NCBI GenBank assembly: GCA_963820525.1
Contig: CAWGAA010000002.1
Span: 32,001 to 96,000, forward strand
DNA length: 64,000 bases
Direction of reading: 5' to 3'
Source: an uncultured Spirochaetota bacterium
GTDB taxonomy: Bacteria; Spirochaetota; Spirochaetia; SZUA-6; Fen-1364
In this document: positions 32,102 through 42,594 of the stretch, piece by piece
How the letters are laid out: each line of letters opens with the position of its first letter
Numbering within the stretch: position 1 is the stretch's first letter
Translations under genes and position numbers: made by a program
The notes under the pieces: model-generated
The model's database searches: none
Told to the model about the DNA's origin: nothing
The model's input: only the letters and a program-made list of their open reading frames with translations

Positions 32102-33027
32102 GATATTGCCTCCTTGATAGTCCTCCTGTTGGACCGAGCCAGTACGGGCAGGAGAGATTGAGCATGTGCAAGGCCTGCTCCAGCCTCGGCCACAGCACGC
32201 CTGCCACCTTTTGAGAGACTGTCGCGTTCATATGCCCGAAGGAATAGCTTGCGTACGCAAAGGCTCGAGCAGTGAGCCCTGCAAGCGATTGGCAATCTCC
32301 TAGCGGTACTCGCCAGTGCAGCCATCTCTGAGATGGACTCCAGCTCAGCTTAGAGCTCCTGAAAACCAAACAAGAGTCCCTGCCGAAGGGAGAGATTTTC
32401 CAGACCCAGTGGGACGTATTCCACAGCACGTTTCCCACCGTCCCCCAGGAGGGATGGATCTGCCTCAGCGCAGAGAGGAACTGTCAGCCAAGGGAAAAGA
32501 ATATAAGAGAATGGAGACGGGGCCCTAGCATCTTCCGAAAAGACGGTTCCAACAGATGCGGCTGGAATCAGGAAAAGCGCAACCTTCTTCATATTGCCCC
32601 CGAAAGAGTTTTCCGGCTTTTCTGGCACCTTGATCCAAAGCGGCACGCACCTATTTGGCTAGTCGAATATTATAGTGCAAAGCATCTCACATTGCAATGC
32701 CCTCTGCCGCCCAGCCTGAGCGGGCGAGCTGAAAGCCCTGAGCGGCGCCGCCTGTCACGCGGCACGCCCTGAACCTGCGCCCCGAGGATTCGATGCTGGA
32801 CGCCCTGGGCATTCTCTTCGAGGCGGACTATACCACGGAGGGGCCGGCTGATCGGACGCGTGAGCGCTCGCACAAGAAAGAAGCCGTTCGGGTGGAGAAG
32901 GACGGCCTGATGCCGGACGCGGAGCAGCCTTCGGTTTCTGCGCCGGAGGCGTGAGCGAGGGCGTTCCGCCCGCGGGAAGAGGCGCGCGGCAAGATTGCCG
33001 CGCCGGTGCCTGCGGCGATCCGAACGG

Positions 33028-33317
33028 CTACGGCGCGCAGAATGCGTTGAAGGTCTTGAACATCTTCTCGAAGCTGGCGAGTGTGGTCGCGGATATCTCT
33101 TCAGCCAGGGAAGCGCTGTTCTCCGCGAAGTACCTGGCCGGCCGGGTGGGGTCGAACTTCGGCTTTGCGGTCTGAACAATCGATTCGAAAGAGCGTGAAA
33201 AGGCCTCCGTCATCCGCACGCCGCCGCCCTTCAGCTGGCTCTTCTTGATCAGTTTTTCCAGCTCGCTTCGATACTCCTGGTTCACCAGGTTGAGGTAGAA
33301 ATCCTTGTCGAACATGT
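33028..33317 (-). pseudogene. C-terminal fragment of OLD-like ATPase gene (related to 58833..60544)
   Basis: 33168..33320 matches 58833..58985 (153 bp, about 7 mismatches by eye). Confidence 0.88.
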
Positions 33318-35008
33318 CTTTGAACTTGCAGGGACTTGCAATGGCTTGTAGGGAGTGCGAAAAAAATAATGTCACAGATAATGTAACAGCTATGGTGAGG
33401 TGATGACACCCACAAGGCAAGCGCGGCGTTTCTGGGGCCGTTGGCTCCCTGTGTGGCAGATCAGCTGGCCTTTGCTCTGGAGACGGCGTCACCCTGCACC
33501 TATCGGCAGCGGGGCGCCAGTACGCTCCAAAGTTTATTTCAGAGGCACTTCGCCGAATTTTGCGCGCGCTACGAAGCCGACTACGCCCGCCGCCTGGGAT
33601 GGATCCGCCTGGAGAGGATCCGCAGGGTAGTCCAGCGTTTCCTGGACTGCGGGAACTACACCAGGGGCGTGGCAAGGATCCAGTGCACGAATCCTAACTG
33701 CAAGTCGGAGTACTTCCGGCCCTTCTCCTGCAAGACGTTCTATATCTGCCCGTCTTGTTCGCAGAAACGCACGCTGCTGTTCGCCGAGTACATGAACGAG
33801 CGGCTCATGCTTCGGTTGCCCCACAGGCAATTCGTCTTCACCCTGCCCAAGGTCCTGCGGGTGTTCTTCCGACATGACCGGCAGCTCCACGGTGAGATCA
33901 GCCGACTCATCCATCGCCTCCTGCAAGACTTCTTCACGGCGGCCGCAGGCATGAGGATCCGCACCGGCGGTGTCATTGCATTTCAGACCTCAGGGGAGTT
34001 CGTGAGATGGAACCCGCACTGGCACGGGTTGTTCCTTGAAGGAGGCTTCGACCGCAACGGTCGATTCGTTCACATCCCCACGATGAACCTTGCGAAGATG
34101 AGCGCCTGCTTCCGCCACAGAGTTGTGGAGTTCTTCCGCCAGCGACAGCTGTTGAACGAGCGCTTGGCAAAGAACATGCTGGAGTGGACCCACTCGGGAT
34201 TTAGTGTCGACGGCTCCGTCGGCATCCCCGCAGGCTCCCCGAAAGCGCGCGAAGCCCTCTCGCAGTACATCGCGCGGCCGCCTGTCTCGCTTAAGAAGCT
34301 TCTCGTGGAGGAGGGCGGCACAGACAGCGTCCTGTACTACACTGCCTACAACGACTATTTCCGAACAAACGCCAAGCGGTTCTCCGCCTCTGACTTCTTG
34401 GCCGAACTCCTCCAGCACCTCCCAGAGCCCCGCACGAGGTTGATCCGTGCCTACGGATTGTACTCCTCACGCGCTCGGGGTACGTGGCTGCGGATGCCCT
34501 ACCTTGTACGTCTCGCCCCTGAGGGGTGGAAGCAGGATCATTCGCCTCCGCCTTCAGCTTGTGTCGGTGCCCCCGGCGAGCCCCAACCGGACTGTTCGGT
34601 CTCCGCGATGGAGTGCCGCTCCGCGTGGGCTCGCCTTATTGCGAAGGTCTACGAGGTCGATCCCTTGGTCTGTCTCAGCTGCGGCGCAGCGATGCGCGTC
34701 TTGGCCGTCATCACCGAGCCGCAGCAGGTCCTCAAGATCCTGCGCCACCTCGTGAAGATCGGTACGCCGCCACCCGGCTTAGACCCTGCTTCCCTCAACT
34801 GACCCTTGTCTTCTTAGCAAGCCTGGGGCACCTATGAACAGTGTCGAGAGCCCATTTCTCGTCGTTCCCTTTTGTGGGACTAGTCTGGCTTTTCTTTATG
34901 CCCGAAGGCCGCGTAGCCCTATCTGTTGGGTTGCAACCGCACTCCGGGCGAGCTCGTCCCGCCAGTCGCTTGCTATGCCCAGACAACACCCTTATAGTAG
35001 TTCCTATC
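33318..35008 (+). mobile_element. IS91/ISCR-like element, copy 3
   Basis: Left end CTTTGAAC; 74-bp deletion in the 3' non-coding part; ends TTCCTATC followed by GTTC. Confidence 0.9.
33441..34802 (+). CDS. IS91-family HUH transposase (intact, 453 aa)
   Basis: Near-identical to 25143..26504. Confidence 0.93.
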   Translation: MAPCVADQLAFALETASPCTYRQRGASTLQSLFQRHFAEFCARYEADYARRLGWIRLERIRRVVQRFLDCGNYTRGVARIQCTNPNCKSEYFRPFSCKTFYICPSCSQKRTLLFAEYMNERLMLRLPHRQFVFTLPKVLRVFFRHDRQLHGEISRLIHRLLQDFFTAAAGMRIRTGGVIAFQTSGEFVRWNPHWHGLFLEGGFDRNGRFVHIPTMNLAKMSACFRHRVVEFFRQRQLLNERLAKNMLEWTHSGFSVDGSVGIPAGSPKAREALSQYIARPPVSLKKLLVEEGGTDSVLYYTAYNDYFRTNAKRFSASDFLAELLQHLPEPRTRLIRAYGLYSSRARGTWLRMPYLVRLAPEGWKQDHSPPPSACVGAPGEPQPDCSVSAMECRSAWARLIAKVYEVDPLVCLSCGAAMRVLAVITEPQQVLKILRHLVKIGTPPPGLDPASLN

Positions 35009-35928
35009 GTTCGTCCGGATTCAGCTCAGGAGCGTACGGAGGAAAGTACTCCACATGAAGCCGAGAAGTTTTTCGGCATAACTCAAGAATGGGCACCTCC
35101 TCGATGCGTGTTACTATTGTCCAGTAGCGCGATGACGTGCCCACGGAGATGGCGCAGAACCTGCCTGAGAAATACCGTGACTTCTTCCTGTCTGATATTA
35201 TCCCAGAAGAATAGACCGTAAAGCCCAAGCCACCTGCGGGTAGGACTTACCGACGCACCAGAGATGATCGATATGCGTTCATTGGAAAAGCGATGGCGCA
35301 TGAAGGGTGTCTGGCCTACAGGTGCCCACGTCTTTCTTATACTGGGAGTCAACATAAAGCCCGATTCATCGATGAAAATCAGGTAGGCGCCCAGCCAAGT
35401 GGCGTTTTTTTTATCCTATTCCAGTTCTTAGTTTTCCACTCCTGGATGGCAGCCTCGTTTCGCTGCAGAGCACGCCTCTCGGGCTTTTGTGGGCTCCAAC
35501 CCAAAGCATGCATAAGCCGTCCGACATGGGTATAGTGATATCTGATGCTGAATTTCTTCTCGATAAGTGTTGAGATCCGTCGTGTGGTCCAGATATCCGT
35601 CTGCCATCCAAATGCTATTGGTCCTTGAAGTAAGTAGCGTAACAACTGAGCTTTCTGCTTTGTATTCATTTTTGTCGGACGGCCAGGGGAAGCAAGAACT
35701 CTCAATCCTTCTTCTCCGTTTCTATTCCATCGATCACGCCAGCGCATTACAGAACTGGCGTTACATCCTATCTGGCGAGCTATTTCGTTTAGTGAGAGCT
35801 CCTCTTCAAGCAGGGCGATCGCTTTGAGACGGCGAGATCGCAATACATCAGCTGAACCTTTTAGCCTCATGATGAACATCCCCTCCCAGGGTGTTCATAT
35901 TATATTGCATTATATATGCTACAATCAA
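35009..35928 (-). mobile_element. IS630-family element (third type), 3'-truncated at the oriIS
   Basis: HTH orfA 35379..35879, A8C slip site, IDESGF, DNSNTH, YAPELNPDE, then cut. Confidence 0.88.
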
Positions 35929-36095
35929 TAGTCGGTCAGGAATAGGAAACAGACCCCTATTCTTCATAGATATTTTGACTTATGCTGGACCAGTCTCGCA
36001 AGACGCCCCCCCAAAAAAGATCTGAGGTTCTCGCCCGGGTCCGTATAAAGCCCCTGCCAGCCGACCTTTATCGCTGCATATCCTTCTTGCCGAGT

Positions 36096-38276
36096 TCATC
36101 TGCTACGTACCACGAAGCGCGCTTTCAAAGCCTGTTGATCCAGGGAATGCGCTCCGACGAATAGCTCATATTCGAGCGGCTCCACAACGAAGTCTGCCCG
36201 GGTCTCATCATAGTAGGCCAGCCGAGATATCGGCACGCTGAATTGGACGGTCTTGGTTTGGCCGGGCTGCAGGGCAATTCGGGCGAACGCCTTGAGCTCT
36301 TTGGGTGCCCGCTCCACCGCTGACTCAATGGGCGAGACGTAGAGCTGCACCACTTCCTCGCCGGCGTGTGCCCCAATGTTGGAGACATCCAGGTTCACTT
36401 TCAAAGTGCTTGATGGACCGAGTCGCTTCCGGGCGAGCCTCAAGTCGGCATAGCGGTAGCGGGTGTAGCTGAGGCCGAAGCCAAAGGGGAAAGCCGGCGT
36501 GTTGCCATCTCGTTCCAGCTTGCGGTAGCCGTGCCATAGGTCGTATTCGATTTCGGCTGCATTCTTGTCGAAAAAGGGGAGATCTTCAACCCGTTGGGGG
36601 ATGACAAATGGCAGCTTTCCGCTTGGGTTGACCCGACCCAGCAGAATATCGACCAGTGCGTGACCGCCTTCCATGCCGGGGTACCAGAGCAAAAGAACGG
36701 CCGCTACTCGTTCGCGCCATGATTCCATCAACACGCAGCTGCCGCCCAGAATCGCGACAACGGTCCGCGGATTCGCGGAGGCGACCGCCAGGATCAAATG
36801 CTCATCTTCTGCGTGAAGGGTGAGCCGGTCACGGTCGCCGCCTGTTAAAATTGCGTCGGCCGGCTGTCCGACCAGGCTCTGCATGTACCTCTGAGCCGCA
36901 GGCGCCTCCTCCGGGGCAGGTGGGGGGAACAGCGCAGCCAGTCTCTGCATCGTGCTCGGATCAAGGAACTCACCTTCGTCGTTGTGGGTATAGCCGACAA
37001 TCAGCACGACTGCGTCAGCGGCCCGGGCCGTGGCTGCGGCTCGCTCAAGATCGCTGCCGTCGTCGTACAGCACGTCCGCCTGACCCTTGAGCGCAGCCTG
37101 AATCCCTGCCAGCGGGGTCACCACGTACGCGGGGCGGGTGCTGCTGGAGCCGGTGTCGCCTGTATTTGGCGTACCGGCCAGCCGGCCGATCACGGCCAAT
37201 TTCTTCAGCTTTTTCAGCGGGAGCAGATTCCCCTTGTTTTGCAGCAGCACGATGGACTTGTTCGCCGCTTCACGCGCCAGCGCGCGGTGGCTCTCGCGGC
37301 CGATCTGCGCTGCATCGTAGACGTTCGGCCGCACCAAACGCAGTTGTTGGCGCAGCAGACGCAGCACGGCATCGTTCACCCGCTCCAGCGGGACTTGGCC
37401 GTCCTCGACCAGGCGTTTCAGGTGTCGGTGAAAGTGCATCTGAAAAGGCATTTCCAGGTCTTGCCCGGCCAGCGCCGCTTTTTGCGCATCGCGCACGCAG
37501 AACTGGAAGTCGGACAACACGTATCCCTTGAAGCCCCACTGCTTCTTGAGGATGTCGGTCAGCAGGACCTTGTTCTGCCCGCACCATTCCCCATTGACGC
37601 TGTTGTAGGCGCTCATCACCGCCGCCACCCCTTCATCCACCACGCGTTTGAAGTGGGCCAGGTAGACCTCGTGGAGCGCCCGGGGGCTTATGCGCACGTT
37701 GACCTTGAAACGAGCATTCTCCATCGAGTTGAGCGCAAAGTGCTTCGCACAGGCCATGGCGTGTTTCTGTACGCCCCGTGTGAGAGCAGCGCCCATCTCA
37801 CCCAGGTGATACGGGTCCTCGCCGTACGTTTCCTGGGCGCGTCCCCAGGCGGGATGTCGAAGCAGGTTGATGCAGACCCCGCCAAACAAGGTGCCGCCGT
37901 GAGCCCGCAGCTCGCGCCCAATGACTTCACCGACACGTTCTTCCAACGCCACGTCCCACGACGCCCCTCGGGCCATGGAGACCGGGAAAGTGGTGGCTCC
38001 CTTCATGACCACGCCGCGAGGGCCGTCCACAAAACGGATGCCGGGGATGCCCAGGCGAGAAACGACGCCGGCATTCCACGGATGGTCGGCGTACCCCCCG
38101 TTCATCATATCCAGCAGCCCGGGCCAGAAAGCGACGTCGCCGTCCATCATCTCGATTTTTTCATCCAACGAAAGCTGCTCCAACAGTTCGTGCGCCTTGG
38201 CCTCAATCTGCTTGCCGGAGAGTTCCTTCGCCGATGCAGAGCGGGCAAACGCTGCTTGATCATTGATCTTGGTCAT
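36096..38276 (-). CDS. GH3 beta-glucosidase
   Basis: DGPRG, GRAQETYGEDP, KHFALN, MSAYN, VLSDF, FPFGFGLSY, Fn3 tail. Confidence 0.95.
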   Translation of the reverse strand: MTKINDQAAFARSASAKELSGKQIEAKAHELLEQLSLDEKIEMMDGDVAFWPGLLDMMNGGYADHPWNAGVVSRLGIPGIRFVDGPRGVVMKGATTFPVSMARGASWDVALEERVGEVIGRELRAHGGTLFGGVCINLLRHPAWGRAQETYGEDPYHLGEMGAALTRGVQKHAMACAKHFALNSMENARFKVNVRISPRALHEVYLAHFKRVVDEGVAAVMSAYNSVNGEWCGQNKVLLTDILKKQWGFKGYVLSDFQFCVRDAQKAALAGQDLEMPFQMHFHRHLKRLVEDGQVPLERVNDAVLRLLRQQLRLVRPNVYDAAQIGRESHRALAREAANKSIVLLQNKGNLLPLKKLKKLAVIGRLAGTPNTGDTGSSSTRPAYVVTPLAGIQAALKGQADVLYDDGSDLERAAATARAADAVVLIVGYTHNDEGEFLDPSTMQRLAALFPPPAPEEAPAAQRYMQSLVGQPADAILTGGDRDRLTLHAEDEHLILAVASANPRTVVAILGGSCVLMESWRERVAAVLLLWYPGMEGGHALVDILLGRVNPSGKLPFVIPQRVEDLPFFDKNAAEIEYDLWHGYRKLERDGNTPAFPFGFGLSYTRYRYADLRLARKRLGPSSTLKVNLDVSNIGAHAGEEVVQLYVSPIESAVERAPKELKAFARIALQPGQTKTVQFSVPISRLAYYDETRADFVVEPLEYELFVGAHSLDQQALKARFVVRSR

Positions 38277-38321
38277 GAATAAACCTCCCAGGTTCAATAA
38301 TCTTTCACCTTGAATGGTGAT

Positions 38322-40754
38322 TCACTCCTGGCCCACGGGCACCTGGTAGGTCTTCCCCGGGTCGGTGCTGAGCTCGACGGGCTTGAGACCCGGCCCGTGG
38401 ATACGGCACGGGCCGCCAAGGGTCGAGCGCACCTCACACCGGGCCAGCTCACCGAGCTTCCATTGGAAGGATACCTCGAACCCTCCTCGCGCCCGTAATC
38501 CGCTGACCCTGCCTTCGGTCCAGGACCCCGGAACGGCCGGGAGGAGCTCGATGCGGCCGTCATGGCTCTGGAGGAGCATCTCGGCGATGCCTGCTCCAAG
38601 GCCGAAGGCGCAGTCCAGCTGCATGTGCTGTTCGGTCATGAGGTTGGCGCCGAGGCTCCGGCAGCTTTCCCTGACCATCTGGCCCGCTTGCTCACGTTCC
38701 TTGAGCCGGGCGAAGAGGGCCACGGACCACGCCGCCGGCCAGCCCCACTTGAATGCACCGTGGGCGAAGCGGCGGAACATGCTCTTCCTGCACGCCTCGT
38801 AGAGCTCTGGATTTCGATGAGGCGTGAATAGCTCTCCAGGGTACAGGCCGTACATGTGGGAGACGTGTCCCATGCCGGGCATGCACTCTGCGAAGTCGAA
38901 GCACCACTCCTGAAGCTGCCCGTAGCGTCCCACTTTGAAAGGATAAAGACGCTCCATGGCTCGCTCGATCTTCTTGTGGAGATCGCTGCGGCGTCCCAGC
39001 ATCTCGGCTCCGCGGAGGCAGTGTTCGAACACCTCGCGGATGATCGTGAGGTCCATGGTCGACGACTTGCTCACCGCGCTGGTGCGTTGATGCACCGCCA
39101 TGCGGTTTTCCGGTGACATGGCGAGCAGAAACTCCTTCTCCTGCGCCGCTTGCTCATCGAGGAAGAAGTTGTTCTCCGGAGAGGTCGACGGCGCGGTGGA
39201 AAGGTACCCCTCCTCGTCCTCGACCAGGAACCCCAGGAAGAAGCGCGATGCATCTTCAATGATCGGATAGGCGCGCCGGGACAGGAACTCGGTATCCCCC
39301 GTGTGCTCGACGTGCCGCCACAGGTGCTGGCACAGCCACCCTGCGGCCATGGGCCACCACGACCAGCTTGGAAGCCCGGCACACGGAGTGGTCTTCCGCC
39401 AAAGGTCGATATTGTGGTGCGCCACCCAGCCATCCAGCCCGTACCACTCCCGCGCCGTGCGCTTGCCGCTTTCTGCTGCTTCGGCCACCAGGTCGAACAG
39501 CGGCTCATGGCACTCCGGCAGACCCAGCACCTCGGCCCCCCAGTAGTTCATCTCCACGTTGATGTTGGTGGTGTAGTTGCTCGACCACGGCGGCCGCACC
39601 AGGTCGTTCCAGATCCCCTGCAGGTTGGCGGCCTGCGTGCCGGGGCGTGAGCTGGCGATCAGGAGGTAGCGGGTGTACTGGAGAGCCAGACCCGCGAAGG
39701 AGGGATCCTCCAGGGTCCCTGCCTGCTGAAAGGCGAGGCGCATGCTGGTGGGCAGAGCGGCCATTGTGGAAGGGCCGATGGAGATGTCGACGCGCCGGAA
39801 GAGCGCGCGATGGTCCGCGATGTGCCGTTCCAGCAGCTGGTCCCATGTGCGGGAGCGCACGCTATCAAGCGTCTGGAGGCAGCGCGAGACCACGTGATCG
39901 ACGTCGCGCATGCGCTCCCTGCCGCAGCCCTCATAGTTCGTATGGGCGGCCAGGAGCACGACTGCATGGCTCGCGCCGCTGACCAGGAGCCGGTCGGGAG
40001 CCGAGGTCACCTGACCGTCGGTTTCCACCACGCGTACAGAGGCGGCAAACCGGATGCTGGCGGACTCCTCCTCGGGGAGGTATACCACGGCGGGCCGAGC
40101 CGTCGAGTAGTCCGGCTCGCTCCAGTCCGGCGCACGGCCTGACAGGAGGAGCGTCGAGCCTCGGGTGCTACTTGCGTGGCAAAGCTCGCTCTCCAGGATC
40201 ACGGCCAAATCCATGGTTCCTGAATCCACCGAGAGGCGGAGGGCTACAACCTGGTCCGGCGCGCTCACGAAGCATTCCCGTCGGAACAGCCTCCCATCCT
40301 CGCGGTACTCCACAGCGGCCATGGCGGAGTCAAGGTCAAGCCAGCGTCGGTATCCCTGCGGCGGCTCGCGACGCATGCGCCTGAGGAACTCGCTCCCGGC
40401 AGAAGACTCCAGGCTCATGACCACGTGGAGCGTTCCCAGGGGCTCGTACGCCTGACCCCAACCGCCAAGCATGCGCTCCGCGACCAGGCGGTGCGCCTCC
40501 GCGAACTTGCGCTCGAAGACCAGCCGGCGCGCCTCTGGGAGGAGCTTCCAGGTATCCGGGTTCAGGAGGAAGGATTCGCTGCCGGACCAGAGGGTGTCCT
40601 CGTTGATGGCGATCCACTCGTCCGGCAGAGAGCCGAAGAGCGCCGCTCCAAGCCTGCCGTTTCCCAGCAGGTGCGAATCGACAAGGCGCGCGGCCGGCTC
40701 GGATTCCCACAGTATGAGCGAGTCAGCAGCAGCGGAGCTATGGTTGGGTTCCAT
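38322..40754 (-). CDS. GH95 alpha-L-fucosidase-like hydrolase
   Basis: LGNGRLGA, NEDTLWSG, ANLQGIW, YTTNINVEMNYW, PSTSPEN, AEMLLQS, GLRARGG. Confidence 0.93.
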   Translation of the reverse strand: MEPNHSSAAADSLILWESEPAARLVDSHLLGNGRLGAALFGSLPDEWIAINEDTLWSGSESFLLNPDTWKLLPEARRLVFERKFAEAHRLVAERMLGGWGQAYEPLGTLHVVMSLESSAGSEFLRRMRREPPQGYRRWLDLDSAMAAVEYREDGRLFRRECFVSAPDQVVALRLSVDSGTMDLAVILESELCHASSTRGSTLLLSGRAPDWSEPDYSTARPAVVYLPEEESASIRFAASVRVVETDGQVTSAPDRLLVSGASHAVVLLAAHTNYEGCGRERMRDVDHVVSRCLQTLDSVRSRTWDQLLERHIADHRALFRRVDISIGPSTMAALPTSMRLAFQQAGTLEDPSFAGLALQYTRYLLIASSRPGTQAANLQGIWNDLVRPPWSSNYTTNINVEMNYWGAEVLGLPECHEPLFDLVAEAAESGKRTAREWYGLDGWVAHHNIDLWRKTTPCAGLPSWSWWPMAAGWLCQHLWRHVEHTGDTEFLSRRAYPIIEDASRFFLGFLVEDEEGYLSTAPSTSPENNFFLDEQAAQEKEFLLAMSPENRMAVHQRTSAVSKSSTMDLTIIREVFEHCLRGAEMLGRRSDLHKKIERAMERLYPFKVGRYGQLQEWCFDFAECMPGMGHVSHMYGLYPGELFTPHRNPELYEACRKSMFRRFAHGAFKWGWPAAWSVALFARLKEREQAGQMVRESCRSLGANLMTEQHMQLDCAFGLGAGIAEMLLQSHDGRIELLPAVPGSWTEGRVSGLRARGGFEVSFQWKLGELARCEVRSTLGGPCRIHGPGLKPVELSTDPGKTYQVPVGQE

Positions 40755-40846
40755 GCGGCTCCTTCCATGCCATCGGGCGCTGCCCGGGCGCCCGCTGCGC
40801 AAGGACGTGCAGCGGGCCCCGGATCGCGCCTTCAGATACGTTGTGC

Positions 40847-42535
40847 CTATTTCTTTCCGAGCTTCTTGTTCACATCGTCAACATGCTTCGCCCACACGAC
40901 CTTCCGCACGTCCTCCAGGCCATTGGCACGGATCTCGTCCATCGCCTTGGTATAGACCCCTTCGAACGTGGCGTCATCCGACGCGATGGTCATCTGCGCG
41001 ATCGTCTTGCCCCATACGTCCTTGATCTTTTGCAGCTGGATCCCTTCCTTCGAGGAGGGAGCCGGCTCGATGGATGCCGACCCTGCATCCGGGCCGCCGA
41101 TGCCAAGATCGTAGATGTCCTTGGCATACTTCCCGGTGGCAATGAGGTAGTCCGTGTACCCATGGGGTGCAATGGCGAGCTTCTGGTAGACGGCCGGCAC
41201 TGAGCGCCACATCATCAGGCGCCGCTCGAAGCCGTACTTGTCCCAGAAGGCGTCACCCGTCTTGTTCAGCTCGTCGAGGATCGCCGGCGTGTATTTGGGG
41301 ATGCCGTTCACGATGTTGTAGGTTTCACCCAGCTTCCCGAAGAGGTTGTCCATCTGGCCTTCTTCACTCCAGGAGTACTCGAAGTAGCGGATGATGCGGC
41401 CCGGGTTCTTCGCGTCCTTGGTGACCATCGATCCCACCCATCCCGTGCTCCGACCGCCTGCGTACTGGGGGTCCTTGCCTCCGACGTGGAGGTACTCCAA
41501 CGGGATGTAGGTGTTCTTCTCGTCCCCCGTCACCTGCATGATCTTGGTGTTGTGCTGCTTGTAGATGTCGATGGGGTAGCGCGTCGTCACGGCGAAGATG
41601 CCGGCATTCACTTCATCCCCAAAGGTTTCCTGACGCGCGGTGACCCTATCGACGCTCATCAGACCCTCTCGGACCAGGGTGTTGAGGAACTTGATACTAT
41701 CCACCATACCCTTGGACTCGAAACAGAACTTGATGGTGTTCCCCTCCAGGTAGTAGCCACAGCCGTACGTCTCGGGAGCGAAGGCGCCCAGCAAGTAACT
41801 AAGCGTGAAGCATCCGGTGAGGCCCCACTGGTTGACGTCGACCGGCGGCTCGATGGTGATCACCTTCTTGTCGGGGTACTTCTGCTTGATCATCTTGAGC
41901 ATGGCGATGAACTTCTCGGGCGTATCCACGGAGGGCTTGCCCAGGGCTTCGTAGATCCCCTTCTGGATGAAGAAGGGCCGGTAGAGTTGCTTCTCCAGCG
42001 ACCGCTGGTAGTCCTCCTTGGACGCCATGAACGAAGGCAGATAGTAGAGGTTGCCGTCGGCCTGGCTGTGGTAGACCTTGACGTCCTGCGCAATTTGGTC
42101 CCAGAACTCGGGCGCGTACTTGTCCGTGAGCTCCTTGATCGGATAGATCTTGCCCGACGCGATGATCCTCTTCGTCATGTCCGCGTACCATTCAAGCACC
42201 ATGGCATCGGGCAGTTTCCCGGACGCCACTATGACGCTCAGGTACTCCTTTTCGTCACCTGTGGGGACGATGATGTTGGGATGCACGCCGGTCTTCTGCT
42301 CGATCACCTTCTCGACGTAGCTCCCCTTCCAGGGATAGAAGGTACCCCACGCGCCGTAGAAGTAGAGATCGAACTGGAACGGCGAGGTATCCTTCTGCCA
42401 CGACAGCGCCGCCCCCGGCTGCCCCGAGGGCGCCGGAGTCCCTGCCTCTTTCTGCCCCGCTGCAAAACACAGCGCGGCAGATACCATGAGAACGAGTACG
42501 AGCCCCGCTCTCAAAGCACATATACTTCTTTTCAT
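40847..42535 (-). CDS. Sugar ABC transporter solute-binding protein
   Basis: Signal peptide (FAAGQKE), ASGKLPD, DGNLYYLP; operon context. Confidence 0.88.
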   Translation of the reverse strand: MKRSICALRAGLVLVLMVSAALCFAAGQKEAGTPAPSGQPGAALSWQKDTSPFQFDLYFYGAWGTFYPWKGSYVEKVIEQKTGVHPNIIVPTGDEKEYLSVIVASGKLPDAMVLEWYADMTKRIIASGKIYPIKELTDKYAPEFWDQIAQDVKVYHSQADGNLYYLPSFMASKEDYQRSLEKQLYRPFFIQKGIYEALGKPSVDTPEKFIAMLKMIKQKYPDKKVITIEPPVDVNQWGLTGCFTLSYLLGAFAPETYGCGYYLEGNTIKFCFESKGMVDSIKFLNTLVREGLMSVDRVTARQETFGDEVNAGIFAVTTRYPIDIYKQHNTKIMQVTGDEKNTYIPLEYLHVGGKDPQYAGGRSTGWVGSMVTKDAKNPGRIIRYFEYSWSEEGQMDNLFGKLGETYNIVNGIPKYTPAILDELNKTGDAFWDKYGFERRLMMWRSVPAVYQKLAIAPHGYTDYLIATGKYAKDIYDLGIGGPDAGSASIEPAPSSKEGIQLQKIKDVWGKTIAQMTIASDDATFEGVYTKAMDEIRANGLEDVRKVVWAKHVDDVNKKLGKK

Positions 42536-42594
42536 ATGACCTCCTTAAAGGACTGTGTCCACACAAGCGGGCCAACGGCCCGTCGCCTTGTGTG

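Noticed and set aside
35941..35961. Hairpin AATAGG-AAACAGACC-CCTATT, REP-like
   Set aside because: Single short copy with no associated RAYT gene
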